Made by a program: the position numbers and the translations under genes. Under the pieces are notes generated by a model. It was not told the origin of the DNA. It saw only the letters and a list, made by a program, of their open reading frames with translations, and ran no database searches. A DNA stretch of 63,737 bases, the filler included, from Reclinomonas americana ATCC 50394 (lineage: Eukaryota): NCBI GenBank assembly GCA_048213135.1. It is 10 parts of 8 records of this genome, joined end to end, with 100 filler letters (N's around TTAATTAATTAA, not from the genome) between each part and the next. Parts side by side here need not be neighbours in the genome. Positions count along the whole stretch, not along the records: positions 62,328 to 63,737 come from PS015993.1; 9 more parts are not named here. One strand, given 5' to 3'. This document shows positions 62,452 through 63,737 of this stretch, one piece after another (positions within the stretch are counted from its first letter, which is position 1; every line of letters starts with the position of its first letter).

Positions 62452-63684
62452 GTCGAGCACGCCAAATTCGTTCAGCGACACGGCCGCTTCTGGGACCGCG
62501 CTGAGGTGTACTACGCCTACGACATGGTCTACAAGTTCACCGAGGAGCCGTTCACCGAGATTGAGGACCGGCATTGCTGGCAGATTGCGCGCTACCTCGC
62601 CTCGAAGTTGAATGTGGCCGGCCAGGACATTCCGTTCGGCGTGTCCAAAGTGTTGCGTCTCTCCTTCCCTTCTCTCTCTTGCTTGCTTGGACCGACTCTC
62701 ACTTACTCTGCGCAGCAAAATCCTGTACACTCTTGGCCGATTGTCGGCCGATCCCAAGCTCAACATGCTTCGCATGGCGCGCTTTGCCTTTGACAAGATT
62801 CAGCAGCACCGCATTCCGCGCGAGTTGCAAGATCAGGTCGATTTGACCTCCATCAAGATCAGCAGCCGGCCGTTTGTCGACGATGAGGTGGGGGTATTCC
62901 CAGGGTCTTTTCTTTTTGTTTTCTTCCCCTCTCACCTGCGTGCACGTGCGTGCACAGAATTACATTCCCATGTGCTACCGCTGCTCAAGTCCCAACGCCA
63001 CCATCGGCAACAAGGGCGACGTGTGCTACACATGTCTGCACCCGTTCATCCGCTCCTTCCTCTCGTTCGATTTGGTTCGTGTCGCACAGCGACGAGCTTC
63101 ACAATGCAAAGCTAACATCACGTGTGTGTGCGCGCACAGCTGCCTCTGGTGGAGTTCAAACCGGAGCCAAGCATCCCGGTGGACGAGGCCACTGCGCTTA
63201 TCAAGGCCGACCCACCAAGGAGGAGAAAGCGGCGAGCACAGGGCGACGATGCCGACAAGTGGAAGGAGTCGACTGACGGAGGTGCGTATGGTTGCACACG
63301 TCCACTGCGTGTCAACAACATGGGTGCTGAATTGTGTCTTCTCTTTACCGTGTCGGTGCAGCCGCCAACGTGCTGTCTCTCGACGGCGGCGGTCCATCGG
63401 GCGTGCCGGGTGGCGGCGACGAGGAGGAGGAGGAAGAGGAGGATCCATTTGAGCAGCACCTGGTCAACATTGAGGTGAGGAGCTACCGCACACAGACTTG
63501 GGAGTGCGCACTCCCACCCTCCTCTCACCTCCTCGCCCATTCGTTGTAGTTTGGCACCACCTACCGGCCCATCACCCTCGATCGCAAGTCGCTGCAAATG
63601 CTGCGCAAGGAGGACATCTTTATTCGCAAGTTCACCTCGCCCGATATTCCGCCGCAGTACTTCCGTAATATGATGCCGGATGTG
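62452..63684 (+). CDS. IFT122: Intraflagellar transport protein 122 (IFT-A), C-terminal exons; partial at both ends
   Basis: FTEEPF..IARYL..PFGVSKVKILYTLG..ARFAFDKI..RPFVDDE..PMCYRCSSPN..CYTCLHPFIRSFLSFDLLPLVEF..EDPF..QYFRNMMPDV matches the recalled IFT122 C-terminus. Confidence 0.9.
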
Positions 63685-63737
63685 GTGAGTGTGGGAGTGG
63701 GAAGTGAGGGGAAAGGGGGGAAGGGTGGGAGAGGGTT

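Overview
Intron-rich eukaryotic genomic scaffold from a flagellated organism (IFT122 and ARL2BP homologues), most likely a protist. Exons are GC-rich, many introns are about 60-90 nt, and others are inflated by (CT)n/(GA)n tracts or degenerate minisatellites. The assembly is a draft, with nine artificial 100-nt N44-TTAATTAATTAA-N44 spacers, other N gaps and TACG-type noise at contig ends. Genes reconstructed by hand: a ~2390-aa secreted FN3 surface protein, two paralogous WD40 genes, an RRM + WRN-type 3'-5' exonuclease, a UFSP-like C78 peptidase, ARL2BP/BART, a pectinacetylesterase/Notum-family esterase, ZNF511, an anoctamin, a PLAC8-domain protein, a MYND-like/coiled-coil protein, an ankyrin + IRAK/Pelle-like kinase, a decayed non-LTR retrotransposon and the 3' part of IFT122. 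The main observation is a second, abundant class of 5' splice site, GTT(G/A/T)CG(T), mostly GTTGCGT. It is the local GTGCGT/GTTCGT consensus shifted by one nucleotide. I count 18 such donors in 7 genes, none preceded by an exonic G, whereas normal-register donors usually are. All gene models and family calls come from reading the sequence and recalled motifs; no database search or RNA data was available.
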